Shown: piece by piece, positions 10,656-20,692 of the stretch
Position numbering within the stretch: the stretch's first letter is position 1
Layout: every line of letters begins with the position of its first letter
NCBI GenBank assembly: GCA_963666985.2
Contig: CAXXIA010000002.1
Coordinates: forward strand, 128,001-192,000
DNA from: Spirochaetia bacterium
GTDB lineage: Bacteria; Spirochaetota; Spirochaetia; DSM-2461
Reading direction: 5' to 3'
DNA: 64,000 bases
Notes under the pieces: generated by a model
The model's input: the letters and a program-made list of their open reading frames with translations, nothing else
Database searches by the model: none
What the model was told of the DNA's origin: nothing
Made by a program: the position numbers and the translations under genes

Positions 10656-11498
10656 TTATGCCGAAAGCGCCTGTCCTCTTTCCCCCCATTCGGAATATCC
10701 GCTGACAAGAAGCTTTTCATCCGATTCCCGAACAACGTCATGATGCCATCCGCTGCCGCTTCTCCTGCTTAAAAAGGCCACTTTATCTCCAAGCTTCGCT
10801 TCACCGAAAAAACGGATTCCCAATCGCATCGGCTGAGAATCCCGATACAGACCGTCGGGAACCGCTTCCATCAGCCAATCGATATAGGTGGTATTATGCA
10901 GGTGGTTATAGAGATCCACATTACCGCGCCGAACCTCCAAATCGAGGCGTTCAACAACATCGATACCGGAAGAATCTCTGGGCTCTCCCGGATTCCGCGT
11001 TTTTCCCGAACCTTGCGGAATGCTCTTGCCGGCGGAAAATGAAATCATCGCCGGATCCTGAGACATCCGGCGATAGGGACTATCGCTTCGAAAATGCCAG
11101 CGTTCTTTAAACTGTTTGGGAACGGACTTGGGCCGGCGGGATTTCATGTCCCAGAACACCCAGCGTCCTCCGCCCTCGCCAAGCAGTCTTCCGTCGGCCG
11201 TTCTGATGGAATATTCCCGAATGCCTATGAATTCCTTCCATTCGGAAATCCAGGTATCAACAGTAAAAACATCACCGTAAGAAGGATATTCCCACATCCG
11301 AAGTCCGCCTCCGGTCAAAATCCATCCCTGACCATCCTCCAGCAAGGAAAAAATATCCTTGCCGACGGCACGGCAATGTTCCGCGGCGGCCTCTTCCATA
11401 GCCGCCATAAGAGCCGGCGCCCGTACGATGCGTCCGTTGAAAGAATCGGAATACCGGGCGGTTATCTCGTAACGAAAAGGCTGTTGTTCCATGTTCAT
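10656..11498 (-). CDS. acyl-ACP thioesterase (FatA/FatB-like)
   Basis: Double hot-dog pattern; DLYNHLHNTTYIDW catalytic motif. Confidence 0.85.
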   Translation of the reverse strand: MNMEQQPFRYEITARYSDSFNGRIVRAPALMAAMEEAAAEHCRAVGKDIFSLLEDGQGWILTGGGLRMWEYPSYGDVFTVDTWISEWKEFIGIREYSIRTADGRLLGEGGGRWVFWDMKSRRPKSVPKQFKERWHFRSDSPYRRMSQDPAMISFSAGKSIPQGSGKTRNPGEPRDSSGIDVVERLDLEVRRGNVDLYNHLHNTTYIDWLMEAVPDGLYRDSQPMRLGIRFFGEAKLGDKVAFLSRRSGSGWHHDVVRESDEKLLVSGYSEWGERGQALSA

Positions 11499-11605
11499 GA
11501 ATCAAAAATATCCACGAAGCGGGCGAACCCCCAATGGATGATTCGAACCAATTCCAGGCTATGCGGCATGGTGTTTTATAACTGGTACAACCGTACCGAC
11601 CGGAA

Positions 11606-12502
11606 TCAGGTTCCCCGCAGAGCGTTTACCATCTCCACCTTGGAACGAGTCCCGGTTTTTCGGTAAATCGTGGCCACATGATTGCTGACCGTATTGGGAG
11701 AAATATCCAGTTCCGCGGCGATTTCCTTGTAAGTCAGCCCCTGGGCGATTAAACCGGCTATCTCGATCTCTCTGGGAGTAAGTCCGCTTCTGGCGCAGGA
11801 TTCGGAGAATACCGAACCGTCGGTTTCATCGGAAACGGCCGAATCGGAAAGCATGCGAAGAAAAAAGACATCCGCGGTTATTCCAATGGACAAATAATAA
11901 AGAGAGACGGCGAGAAATCGAATGCGTTCATATCCTTGGGCGACATAGGGCAGAATCTGCGTCAGCGGTAAAATAAGAAAGGTTAAGCCGTAAAGCAGAA
12001 ACAAAGCGATTCTCATTCTCTCATCCCGAACCATCGGAAGACTCCGCGAAGCGTCGACCAGAACAAACAGAACAATGAGCAGAAAGGCCACAACCGCCAA
12101 GCCGCCGGTAATAAAAGAACCGGCTGTGAGCAGACTTAAGGTTCCCGCGGTCAGATAAAACCCGGCGGCGGCGGCAACCTGAAAAAGACGCCGATGAGTC
12201 CAGCCTCGGCCAAGGATGTAGTTGATTGTCGCGGGAAGAAAGTAAATAAGCGACGCAAATGCGATCCGCTCCAAAATATCAAATACCAAAACGGCCACGG
12301 GTCCGTTCCATCCGGCGAATTCTCTCAATCCGAAACGGATGCCCGATAGAAAAAACAGCGCCGTCAGATACGCCAGAAAAAGGAAGGTTTTCATAAGCCT
12401 GACTTCCCGGCGCCGAACCCACAGGACTCCCGCGAGGCCGAGAACGGAGCCCATGGCACCGTAGGCGAGGATATAGACAGCTAAGACAAGAATGTCAATC
12501 AC
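11606..12502 (-). CDS. membrane-bound LuxR-type transcriptional regulator
   Basis: About 7 hydrophobic helices followed by LTPREIEIAGLIAQGLTYKEIAAELDISPNTVSNHVATIYRK; GTG start after AGGAG. Confidence 0.88.
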   Translation of the reverse strand: MIDILVLAVYILAYGAMGSVLGLAGVLWVRRREVRLMKTFLFLAYLTALFFLSGIRFGLREFAGWNGPVAVLVFDILERIAFASLIYFLPATINYILGRGWTHRRLFQVAAAAGFYLTAGTLSLLTAGSFITGGLAVVAFLLIVLFVLVDASRSLPMVRDERMRIALFLLYGLTFLILPLTQILPYVAQGYERIRFLAVSLYYLSIGITADVFFLRMLSDSAVSDETDGSVFSESCARSGLTPREIEIAGLIAQGLTYKEIAAELDISPNTVSNHVATIYRKTGTRSKVEMVNALRGT

Positions 12503-12630
12503 GCTCCTAGTGTCCGGCCCCGGAGTGAATGAGTCAAGGGCGAAAGAATATCGGTACATTCGTCCGTACAGTGATTATCAGATGATGCGCCCATGCGGGT
12601 GAATCAGATTCATAATCCCTCATCGGCCAT

Positions 12631-12659
12631 TTGAATTCGGCCCGCGGCGGCGATATGAT
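12631..12659 (+). promoter_or_regulatory. sigma70-type promoter, probably leaderless
   Basis: TTGAAT-17 nt-TATGAT, then 7 nt to ATG at 12667; no SD. Confidence 0.6.
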
Positions 12660-12666
12660 TACCGAC

Positions 12667-13143
12667 ATGATCCGAAACAAACACTTGACGGCTAAAAAGG
12701 CCGTCCCCGTCCTGTTTATCGTGATCCTTTTCGCCGCTCTTGCGGGAGCCTGCGCGGGGGGACCGAGCTCAAAGTCCATCGTCCGCGAAGAATCCCGTCT
12801 CAGAGCTTACGAAAGATTCAAAACCGATCATAAGCTTTCCAACAAAAGCGATCTCGAGAGAAACGGAATGTACTACGACGGAAAGAAATTTTACGTCGTG
12901 ATGGGTCTCAGCGATTCGGGTACCGACCGTTATCCCGAGTGGGCCTGCAATACGCTGCTCACCAGCCTCTACGGCTACAAAGCCGTCCGGCAGGATCTTG
13001 TCTCCGACGAAGAGTTCTTCGCACTCGTTCTGGACTTCAAACTTGAAGAAATCGTCGAAGGCAAATATTCGAGCCGCGCCATTGTTACGGTGAAGGAAAG
13101 CCGCTTCCAAAGATTCCTGGATTCATACGCCGAAGAAGATTAA
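12667..13143 (+). CDS. putative lipoprotein
   Basis: Basic N-region, hydrophobic stretch and LAGAC lipobox-like motif. Confidence 0.7.
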   Translation: MIRNKHLTAKKAVPVLFIVILFAALAGACAGGPSSKSIVREESRLRAYERFKTDHKLSNKSDLERNGMYYDGKKFYVVMGLSDSGTDRYPEWACNTLLTSLYGYKAVRQDLVSDEEFFALVLDFKLEEIVEGKYSSRAIVTVKESRFQRFLDSYAEED

Positions 13144-13200
13144 AACACTCCGAACACAACTTTGCCGCAATCGGATAGAATTGGTTTTTAGGAGGTCACA

Positions 13201-15057
13201 ATGTCCGATACGGTGGAGAAGCGGGAGAAATCCCTCGGTTTGGCCGAGGTATTCAGCATCGCCTCGGGCGCCATGATCAGTTCGGGACTCTTTGTTCTGC
13301 CGGCGATCGTGTTCGCGAAATCGGGTCCGGCCGTGGTGGCCGCTTATTTGCTGGCGGGAGTCATGATGATTCCGCCCATGCTGGCCAAGGCGGAACTGGC
13401 CACGGCAATGCCGAAATCCGGCGGCACCTACTTCTTCGTGGAGCGAAGCCTGGGGCCTCTTCTCGGTTCCTTCGCCGGTTTCGCCGGATGGTTCAGCGTT
13501 GCCCTGAAAGGTGCTTTCGCCCTGGTGGGTATCGGTACGTTCTGGACTTTAATCAATCCCGACGCCGATCCGATTCTTTTCAAAGTCATCGCCCTCGCCT
13601 TTGTCGCGGTTTTTACTGTCGTGAACCTCTTCGGCGCCCATAATTCGGCGAAGTCCCAGGTTGTTATGGTGATTTTCCTGCTGGCCATCCTCGGCGCTTA
13701 CATCGTTTTGGGATTCTCAAGAACTTCCGTTCCTCATCTTTCCGAATTCATCCCGAAAAAAAACTCCTCTCTGTTTCAGGTCGCGGGTATGGTTTTCGTC
13801 TCCTTCGGAGGACTCACGAAGGTCGCCGCTGTGGCCCATGAGGTGAAAGATCCCGGAAAAACACTGCCGAAGGGTATGTTTCTGAGCTTTATCGTCGTAA
13901 TGCTGATCTACATCCTGGCCATCACCGTTACCGTGGGACTTCTGGACGCCGATAAATTCGCCGCGACGCTCACACCGCTCTCCGACGGAGGCGCCGTCCT
14001 GGCCGGAAGGGCCGGATCGATTGTCCTGGCCGTCGCCGCGCTTATCGCCTTCGCCACCACGGCGAACGCATCCATTCTTTCGGCCTCCCAAAACCCAGCG
14101 GCCATGGCGCGCGACGGACTTCTTCCCGCCTGGATTGGAAAAACCAACGCCAGAGGCGTTCCGGCCCGCGCCATTCTGATTACCGGAACGTTCATGGCCG
14201 TGGTTATCATCGCTCTCGATCTTCAAAACTTGGTCAAAGCGGCATCAACGATGATGCTCATCCTCTTTCTGCTGGTGAATCTTTCTCTTATCCTGATGAG
14301 GGAAAGCCGCATCGTCTCTTACCGCCCGCTTTATAAATCGCCGCTTTATCCCGTTCTGCCCATCGTCGGAATTCTTCTGTCGGCGTTTCTTATTTATTCC
14401 ATGGGCTCCATGCCCCTCATCCTGGCGGCCGGATTTTTCGTTCTGACCACGCTCTGGTCGGTTATCTATAAACCCGAAGGACGCCGCCGGGACTCGGCGA
14501 TTTTCCGGATCGTCGAACGCATGGCCGCCCGCGAAATCCGGGGAGCCAGGCTTTCGGAAGAACTCGGCGAAATACTTCTGGAACGCGACGGTGTTTCCGA
14601 AGACCGCTTCGACCGTCTCGTCCGCAAGGCGATCGTCCTGGATCTTCCTCGGCGGCTGACTCGGGACGAACTCTTTGAGAAGCTGGCCGGCGCGTTTTCC
14701 CTCCGTTTGGAAACCGGATATGAAGAGGTTCTCCGCAAACTGCGCGAAAGGGAAAAGGAATCCACAACGCTTGTATCGGACGATTTGGCCATTCCTCACA
14801 TTGTACTGGACGATGAAGAAGGCTTTGAAATCGTCATTGTCCGCGCAAAAGACGGTATTCTTTACGAAGAAGGACAAAAAGAACCGACGGTTGTCTTCGC
14901 TCTCGCCGGAGCGGCGGCGGAACGAAACTTCCATCTGAAAAGTCTGATGGCGATAGCTCAGATTACCCGAACGGCGGACTTTTTGGGGCGCTGGAAAGAA
15001 GCCTTCGACGAAGAGGAGCTTCGGCTTCTGGTGCTCCTGGCCGAACGCAGCCGATAG
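13201..15057 (+). CDS. APC-family amino acid permease fused to a C-terminal PTS EIIA (Ntr/Fru-type) domain
   Basis: GAMISSGLFVLP and ELATAMPKSGG APC motifs, about 12 TMs, then LREREKESTT..LAIPH EIIA signature. Confidence 0.88.
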   Translation: MSDTVEKREKSLGLAEVFSIASGAMISSGLFVLPAIVFAKSGPAVVAAYLLAGVMMIPPMLAKAELATAMPKSGGTYFFVERSLGPLLGSFAGFAGWFSVALKGAFALVGIGTFWTLINPDADPILFKVIALAFVAVFTVVNLFGAHNSAKSQVVMVIFLLAILGAYIVLGFSRTSVPHLSEFIPKKNSSLFQVAGMVFVSFGGLTKVAAVAHEVKDPGKTLPKGMFLSFIVVMLIYILAITVTVGLLDADKFAATLTPLSDGGAVLAGRAGSIVLAVAALIAFATTANASILSASQNPAAMARDGLLPAWIGKTNARGVPARAILITGTFMAVVIIALDLQNLVKAASTMMLILFLLVNLSLILMRESRIVSYRPLYKSPLYPVLPIVGILLSAFLIYSMGSMPLILAAGFFVLTTLWSVIYKPEGRRRDSAIFRIVERMAAREIRGARLSEELGEILLERDGVSEDRFDRLVRKAIVLDLPRRLTRDELFEKLAGAFSLRLETGYEEVLRKLREREKESTTLVSDDLAIPHIVLDDEEGFEIVIVRAKDGILYEEGQKEPTVVFALAGAAAERNFHLKSLMAIAQITRTADFLGRWKEAFDEEELRLLVLLAERSR

Positions 15058-15219
15058 AAGCCGATAACGGCCGGCGAAGATTTTACCGAAAGGCACCTGT
15101 GAGATTAGGGCCGGCCGGATCGGCGTTTTATGCGTTTCCCCTATGTCCCCGGGCCGAACAAGTCTTGAGCGGCGCCTCCGATGCGGTTATTCCACCGGTT
15201 CCGGATAATACGATCCGGA

Positions 15220-15606
15220 CTAAAAAGTAACGATGGAATAACCTTCGGCAATATAAGAACTCATGGCCGGATGACCCGACATCTCGCCGGATAGCGGCAA
15301 TCCCGAATTCTCAACGGCTTCCAAGACGCCGAGCTGCTTGGAACACGCCCGGCAAACGGCGCTAATCATTCCCTCGCCGCGAACCATCTTAAAATTCGCC
15401 GCGAGTAAGTCGAACATCGCGGGTTTGGCCTTTTTAAGATCGTCCAAGCCGGGACCGCCGCTCAGCGGCCCCACAAGAGCGACTGCTCCGCCTTCGATCA
15501 CAAGAACCACGTCGTGTCCTTTGGCCTTTAAGTCCAGGGAATTCAGCAGAACATGAATGAAACAGAGAGGATCGCCGTTGAAGACGAAAAAAACATATTT
15601 GTTCAT
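15220..15606 (-). CDS. DsrE-like protein
   Basis: MNKYVFFVFNGDPLCFIHVLLNSLDL..LVIEG..CRACS..GHP. Confidence 0.75.
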   Translation of the reverse strand: MNKYVFFVFNGDPLCFIHVLLNSLDLKAKGHDVVLVIEGGAVALVGPLSGGPGLDDLKKAKPAMFDLLAANFKMVRGEGMISAVCRACSKQLGVLEAVENSGLPLSGEMSGHPAMSSYIAEGYSIVTF

Positions 15607-15748
15607 GGGTTTTCCTTTACCGACAGAGTACCGCTCGGCCGGAAGAGACACAACGGGAAAGAAACAGCGGTTGGCCGGGTTGCGAATCCTTAGATTCCGC
15701 CGCGGCCGAAAGAGGTTTTCCCGGCATTCTTCGCAAGCATCGGCCGAA

Positions 15749-16237
15749 TCAGCGGCCCCTCCCGCGGCGATGTCCTCCGGAACCGAAGGAAGCCGAAGAG
15801 TCGGAATCGGCGCAGCATTCCCCGTGACCGTACCCGTCGGCCAGATTGACAAGATCATGAGAACCGCAGACATCACACATTGCCGGCTCTCCGCCGATTT
15901 TCGAGGCGAGGATCCGGCCGCAGCCGCGGCATCTGAGCCGATTTTGCCTGAAATGAACCGGCCCGCCGCCGATGGAAAGCCTTCTGCCGTCCAAAAGGAA
16001 TTCCGCGCTTTTCTTCCTGGCCGATTCCACAAGCCGTGAAAACGTGGAGCGCGAGATGGACATCATTTCGGCGGCTTCATCTTGAGTCAGCCCCTCTTTG
16101 TCGGCCAAGCGAAGGGCTTCCAGTTCATCCAGACTCATTTCCAAATCCTGAAGATCTCTGGCCCGAACACCTACGGGTTTAAAACTGTCGAACAGCGGCG
16201 GCTCATGGATAAAACGGCGGGATTTGGGACGCGGCAC
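15749..16237 (-). CDS. DUF134 (UPF0251) HTH protein with C-terminal CxxC..CxxC
   Basis: MPRPKSRR..FKP.G..LDELEALRLADKEGLTQDEAAEMMSISRSTFSRLVESARKK; CRGC and CDVC; SD AGGAGG. Confidence 0.88.
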   Translation of the reverse strand: MPRPKSRRFIHEPPLFDSFKPVGVRARDLQDLEMSLDELEALRLADKEGLTQDEAAEMMSISRSTFSRLVESARKKSAEFLLDGRRLSIGGGPVHFRQNRLRCRGCGRILASKIGGEPAMCDVCGSHDLVNLADGYGHGECCADSDSSASFGSGGHRRGRGR

Positions 16238-16403
16238 AAAAAACCTCCTGCGATTTTACGCTTCCTCGGAAATACGGCGGTAATACCGAGTATACAGCAA
16301 TTTAATTCGATATCGCCTGTCTCCTTATTTTTAATTCAATAAATTATCTATGGTATTTTTTAACTATGGCAATATTTATTTATAAAATTATCTATTTATG
16401 TTA

Positions 16404-16436
16404 CAATGAGAATATTCCAACAATGAGGTATTCCAA
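16404..16436. promoter_or_regulatory. candidate operator (AATGAGAATAT / CAATGAG repeats) in an AT-rich divergent intergenic region
   Basis: AATGAGAATAT at 16405-16415 recurs inverted at 18448-18458, upstream of the DUF5320 gene. Confidence 0.45.
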
Positions 16437-18130
16437 TGAGCAAGAAGTATGTCATCATCGGCGGCTCGGCCGCCGGACCTAAAATCGCGTCGAAGATCCG
16501 AAGATTGGATCAGAATGCGGATATCATAATCATCCAAAAGAGTAAAAATCTTTCCATGGCCTCATGCGGCTATCCCTATTACGTGGGCGGTGTTTTCGAT
16601 AATCAGAACCTTCTGATAGGAAGCGCCTCAGGCGCCATTCGCGATCCTTCTTACTTTTCCAAAGTGAAAGGGATTAAGGCCTATGTGGAAACCGAAGCCG
16701 TTTCCATCGACAGAGAGAAAAAAACCGTAACGGTCCGCAATCTGAACGGCGGCGCGGAAGAAGTGATTCCGTACGATAAATTGGCCATAACCACGGGGGC
16801 CCAGGCCGTTAAACCTCCCATTGAAGGGATTGATTTGGAAGGCGTTACAAGCCTCCACAGCCTGGAAGACACCCTCGCGCTCAAAGAAAAGGTCAAGGGA
16901 GCCGAAGGAATGAAGGCCGTCGTCGTCGGCGGCGGTCTTATCGGCATTGAAACGTGTGAAGCGTTTCATTTGGCCGGGATTGAAACAACCGTCATTGAAA
17001 TGCTGGATCAGATTCTGCCCTTCCTGGATTGGGAAATGGCCAAACTGGTTGAAAATCATATTCGCGCCAAAGGCAATAATGTCCTTACCGGCGACGGCGT
17101 GAAGAGATTCAACGGAGAAAACGGCAAATTGGTTTCCGTGGAAACCATGAGCGGAAAAATCATCGAATGCAATCTGGCGGTCGTCTCCATCGGTGTGAGG
17201 CCGAGCAGCAAATTGGCCGCCGATTGCGGTCTTTCCATCGGAGATAAGAGAGGCATCAGGATCAACCGCTTCATGCAGACAAACGATCCCGATATCTACG
17301 CGGCGGGTGACTGCGTGGAGGTAACCAACCTCATCACTCACGAAAAACAGCACTGGCCGATGGGTGACGCGGCCAATCTCCAGGGACGCGTTGCGGCCCA
17401 GAACATGGTCTTCGGCAACATTGAGGAATACGAAGGATTCATCGGTACGGGAATCTGCAAAGTTTTCGATTTCACCGCCGGAAGTACGGGATTATCGGAA
17501 AAAGCGGCCCGTGCCGAGGGATATGAAAATATCATCAAAGTCGTCCATGCCGCTCCGGATAAGCCGGGATTCATGGACGGCAAACCGATTATTCTTAAAC
17601 TTCTGGCCGAAAAAACCACAGGCCGCTTCTTGGGATTACAAGCCGTGGGTCCGGGAGACGCCGCCAAAAGACTGTCCGTCGCGGCCATGGCTCTTTACGG
17701 CCGAATGTGCATTTCCCATCTGGTGAATCTCGATCTTCCCTATGCGCCGCCCTTCTCTCCGGCCATCGATAACTTTATCACCGCGGTTCATGTTCTTGAG
17801 AACAAATGGCGGGGCTACATGGACGGCATATCATCGCTGGAACTCAAGGCAATGCTCGATGCGGAAGAAAAGCCGTTCCTTCTGGATGTCCGCGGTCCCG
17901 AAGAATATGAAGCCATGCGCTTGGATATTGGAGAAACGCTGATTCCGCTGGGTGAACTGCGGACAAATGCCGATAAACTGCCTCAGGACAAATCAACCCC
18001 GATAATCGTTTGGTGCAAGATTTCCCTCCGCGGATATGAAGCATCCTGCTGGCTGAAAGGCCAAGGATACGAGAACGTTAAAGTGCTGGAAGGAGGCATA
18101 ACGGCCTGGCCGTTCCCGAAGATCGGCTGA
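16436..18130 (+). CDS. CoA-disulfide/persulfide reductase with C-terminal rhodanese domain (CoADR-RHD / Npsr-like)
   Basis: IIGGSAAG FAD fold, SMASCGYPY redox Cys, VVGGGLIG NADH fold, YAPPFS, rhodanese LDVR..WCKISLR. Confidence 0.92.
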   Translation: MSKKYVIIGGSAAGPKIASKIRRLDQNADIIIIQKSKNLSMASCGYPYYVGGVFDNQNLLIGSASGAIRDPSYFSKVKGIKAYVETEAVSIDREKKTVTVRNLNGGAEEVIPYDKLAITTGAQAVKPPIEGIDLEGVTSLHSLEDTLALKEKVKGAEGMKAVVVGGGLIGIETCEAFHLAGIETTVIEMLDQILPFLDWEMAKLVENHIRAKGNNVLTGDGVKRFNGENGKLVSVETMSGKIIECNLAVVSIGVRPSSKLAADCGLSIGDKRGIRINRFMQTNDPDIYAAGDCVEVTNLITHEKQHWPMGDAANLQGRVAAQNMVFGNIEEYEGFIGTGICKVFDFTAGSTGLSEKAARAEGYENIIKVVHAAPDKPGFMDGKPIILKLLAEKTTGRFLGLQAVGPGDAAKRLSVAAMALYGRMCISHLVNLDLPYAPPFSPAIDNFITAVHVLENKWRGYMDGISSLELKAMLDAEEKPFLLDVRGPEEYEAMRLDIGETLIPLGELRTNADKLPQDKSTPIIVWCKISLRGYEASCWLKGQGYENVKVLEGGITAWPFPKIG

Positions 18131-18258
18131 ACGGGTTCTTAAAAAGCACTCTCTTGAGGTGATTTCTCAAATCAGCGGTTTTTGAAAGAAAGCCCTTCTA
18201 ACGCGGGTTTTGAGGGCTTTCGGCTTATCGGATAGAAACAATTTCATGAGAATCGTTC

Positions 18259-18289
18259 CGCCTCGGGTTTTCCCCGGGGCGTTTTTTTT
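18259..18289 (+). terminator. intrinsic terminator after the CoADR-RHD gene
   Basis: CGCCTCGGG-loop-CCCGGGGCG stem followed by T8. Confidence 0.65.
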
Positions 18290-18531
18290 CAGACGCCGAA
18301 CCCTGCAATTGCCGGGATTCTTCCTCACTCCGCCGCGCCGCACCCCCTTCCCGGAGCAAAAGCGCATTTTTTAAATGAGCCCCGTTATTCTTTTTCCTTT
18401 TCACCGTGATTTTGCCGATCTTGCCGTATTGCTCTTGAGTTTTGCACATATTCTCATTATATTATTCCAAAAACACGGAGGCGGGCCGTTTCGCGCCCAA
18501 TCGCGGAAAGCCTGCCTCAAAGGAGAACGAT

Positions 18532-18873
18532 ATGCCGAGAAGAGACCGAAGAGGTCCCGAAGGGATGGGCCCCATGAGCGGACGCGGAATGGGATTCTGT
18601 GCCGGTTATGAAGGATCGGAAGCCGTGAATCCAGGATTCGCGGCAAGAAGAGGGAGAGGACGCGGAGCGGCTTTTACGGGCTTGCGTTTCGGCCGCAAAG
18701 CCGGATTCGGCCCCGGACGGGGATTCGGCGGTTATGCTTTCATACCGGAAAACAACCGATCTTTTCCCGATAAAGAAGAAGAACAAAGTTACCTCAATCA
18801 GGAGATTTCCGGACTCAAAGAACACCTGAAAACCTTGGAAGAACGTCTGGAGAAACTGAAAGCGGACGAATAA
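18532..18873 (+). CDS. DUF5320 family protein
   Basis: MPRRDRRGPEGMGPMSGRGMGFCAG, Gly/Arg-rich middle, C-terminal coiled coil; SD AAGGAG. Confidence 0.85.
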   Translation: MPRRDRRGPEGMGPMSGRGMGFCAGYEGSEAVNPGFAARRGRGRGAAFTGLRFGRKAGFGPGRGFGGYAFIPENNRSFPDKEEEQSYLNQEISGLKEHLKTLEERLEKLKADE

Positions 18874-19015
18874 TCCGCTCGGACGCGACCGCCTGTGAAG
18901 AGGGCCCTTCACGGCGGCTCGTTTTGCGTCCGTGCCGCAGAATCCGCACAGGATCGTCGATTTCCCGCGCTCATCGGTATTCCTCCCGAATCGGCGACGG
19001 CCTATAATGCTCGTC

Positions 19016-20692
19016 ATGGACGAAACGATTATTTTTTCACTGGTTCGCGCGGGTAAGAGATACGGAACCAAAACTCTTTTTTCAGATATCACCTTGAGTT
19101 TTTTTCTCGGCGCCAAGATTGGAATCATCGGCGCCAACGGTTCGGGGAAAACCACGCTGCTAAAAATCATGGCCGGACTGGATACCGATTTCGACGGCGA
19201 AAGGATGATGTCCGATGCCGTAAACGTCGGCTACCTTCCGCAGGAACCCGTACTCACTCCGGGCAAAACCGTGCGCGAGGTGGTTACCGAAGGAGTCGCC
19301 GAAACGGCTTCCCTCCTTGCCGAATACGATGAAATCAGCGCGCAATTCGCCGAACCGATGGATGACGAGGCCATGGAAGCCCTGCTGACGCGGCAGGGCG
19401 AAGTCCAGGAGGCCATCGAAGCCGCCGACGGATGGAATTTGGACTCAAGGCTGGATTTGGCGATGGAAGCCCTGCGCTGTCCTCCGGATGATCAGCCGGT
19501 CGATAACCTTTCGGGAGGAGAGCGGCGGCGGACGGCTCTCTGCCGGCTGCTCCTTTCAAGACCCGATGTTCTGCTTCTGGACGAACCGACCAACCATCTG
19601 GACGCCGAGTCGGTCGCCTGGCTGGAACATCATCTGCATGAATATCCCGGAACGGTTATTCTGGTTACCCACGACCGCTACTTTCTGGACAACGTGACCG
19701 GCTGGATTCTGGAACTGGACCGCGGCCGAGGCATCCCCTGGAAAGGGAACTATGCCTCCTGGCTGGAGCAGAAGGAAGAGAGGCTGCGCCTCGAAGGCAA
19801 GGCAGAATCCAAGCGCAGGAAAAATCTTGAGAAGGAATTGGAATGGGTTCGTCAGGCCGGACCGCAAAGGAGACTGCGTTCCAAGGCGCGCCTGAAAGGC
19901 CTGGACGCCCTTAGGGATCGCGAAGCTCAGGAAGAAGCCAGAGAAGCCGAACTCTGGATTCCCCCGGGTCCCCGCCTGGGAGAACTGATTCTGGAAACGA
20001 AGGGACTGACCAAGGCTTTTGACGGCAAACTCCTTTTCGAAAATCTGGACATGTCCGTTCCGCCCGGCGCCATCGTCGGAATCGTCGGCGCCAACGGTTC
20101 GGGAAAAACTACCCTTTTCCGGCTCATCACGGGTACCGAGAAGCCCGACGAAGGCGAAGTGCGCGTGGGAGAAACGGTAAAAATCGCCTGGGCGGACCAG
20201 CTTCGTGAACGGCTCGATCCTTCGCTTTCGGTCTGGCATCAGATATCCGGAGGGAAGGAGATGATTTCCCTCGGAGGGAAAGACATCAATTCCCGCGCCT
20301 GGCTGGGCCGCTTCGGCTTTCTCGGCAACGATCAGGGAAAAAAGGTCGGCGATCTTTCGGGCGGCGAACGCAACCGTCTGAACCTGGCCCTGGTTCTTCA
20401 GGAGGAAGGCAACCTGCTTCTTCTGGACGAACCGACAAACGACTTGGACGTGGCCACCATCCGGGGATTGGAAGAAGCCCTGGAGGTGTTCCCGGGAAGC
20501 GCCGTGGTTGTCAGCCACGACCGGTGGTTCCTGGACCGCGTCGCCACGCATGTCCTGGCGTTCGAGGGTGAAGGCGAGGTATTCTGGTATCCCGGCGGAT
20601 GGTCGGAATACAACGAGGACCGTCATAAACGGCTGGGAAGCGAAGCGGACATTCCGAAACGGCTGAAATATCGGAAGCTGACGAGGGACTAG
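19016..20692 (+). CDS. ettA: ABC-F translational throttle EttA (ChvD)
   Basis: Two ABC cassettes (GANGSGKT, LSGGER, LLLDEPTN) with no TM; DITLSFFLGAKIG and ELEWVRQ linker typical of EttA. Confidence 0.9.
   Translation: MDETIIFSLVRAGKRYGTKTLFSDITLSFFLGAKIGIIGANGSGKTTLLKIMAGLDTDFDGERMMSDAVNVGYLPQEPVLTPGKTVREVVTEGVAETASLLAEYDEISAQFAEPMDDEAMEALLTRQGEVQEAIEAADGWNLDSRLDLAMEALRCPPDDQPVDNLSGGERRRTALCRLLLSRPDVLLLDEPTNHLDAESVAWLEHHLHEYPGTVILVTHDRYFLDNVTGWILELDRGRGIPWKGNYASWLEQKEERLRLEGKAESKRRKNLEKELEWVRQAGPQRRLRSKARLKGLDALRDREAQEEAREAELWIPPGPRLGELILETKGLTKAFDGKLLFENLDMSVPPGAIVGIVGANGSGKTTLFRLITGTEKPDEGEVRVGETVKIAWADQLRERLDPSLSVWHQISGGKEMISLGGKDINSRAWLGRFGFLGNDQGKKVGDLSGGERNRLNLALVLQEEGNLLLLDEPTNDLDVATIRGLEEALEVFPGSAVVVSHDRWFLDRVATHVLAFEGEGEVFWYPGGWSEYNEDRHKRLGSEADIPKRLKYRKLTRD

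Noticed and set aside
18131..18230. Imperfect inverted repeats resembling IS/MITE ends (also ~7863-7900, ~8366-8388, ~62362-62430)
   Set aside because: Too degenerate and mutually dissimilar to define an element; no transposase or target duplication
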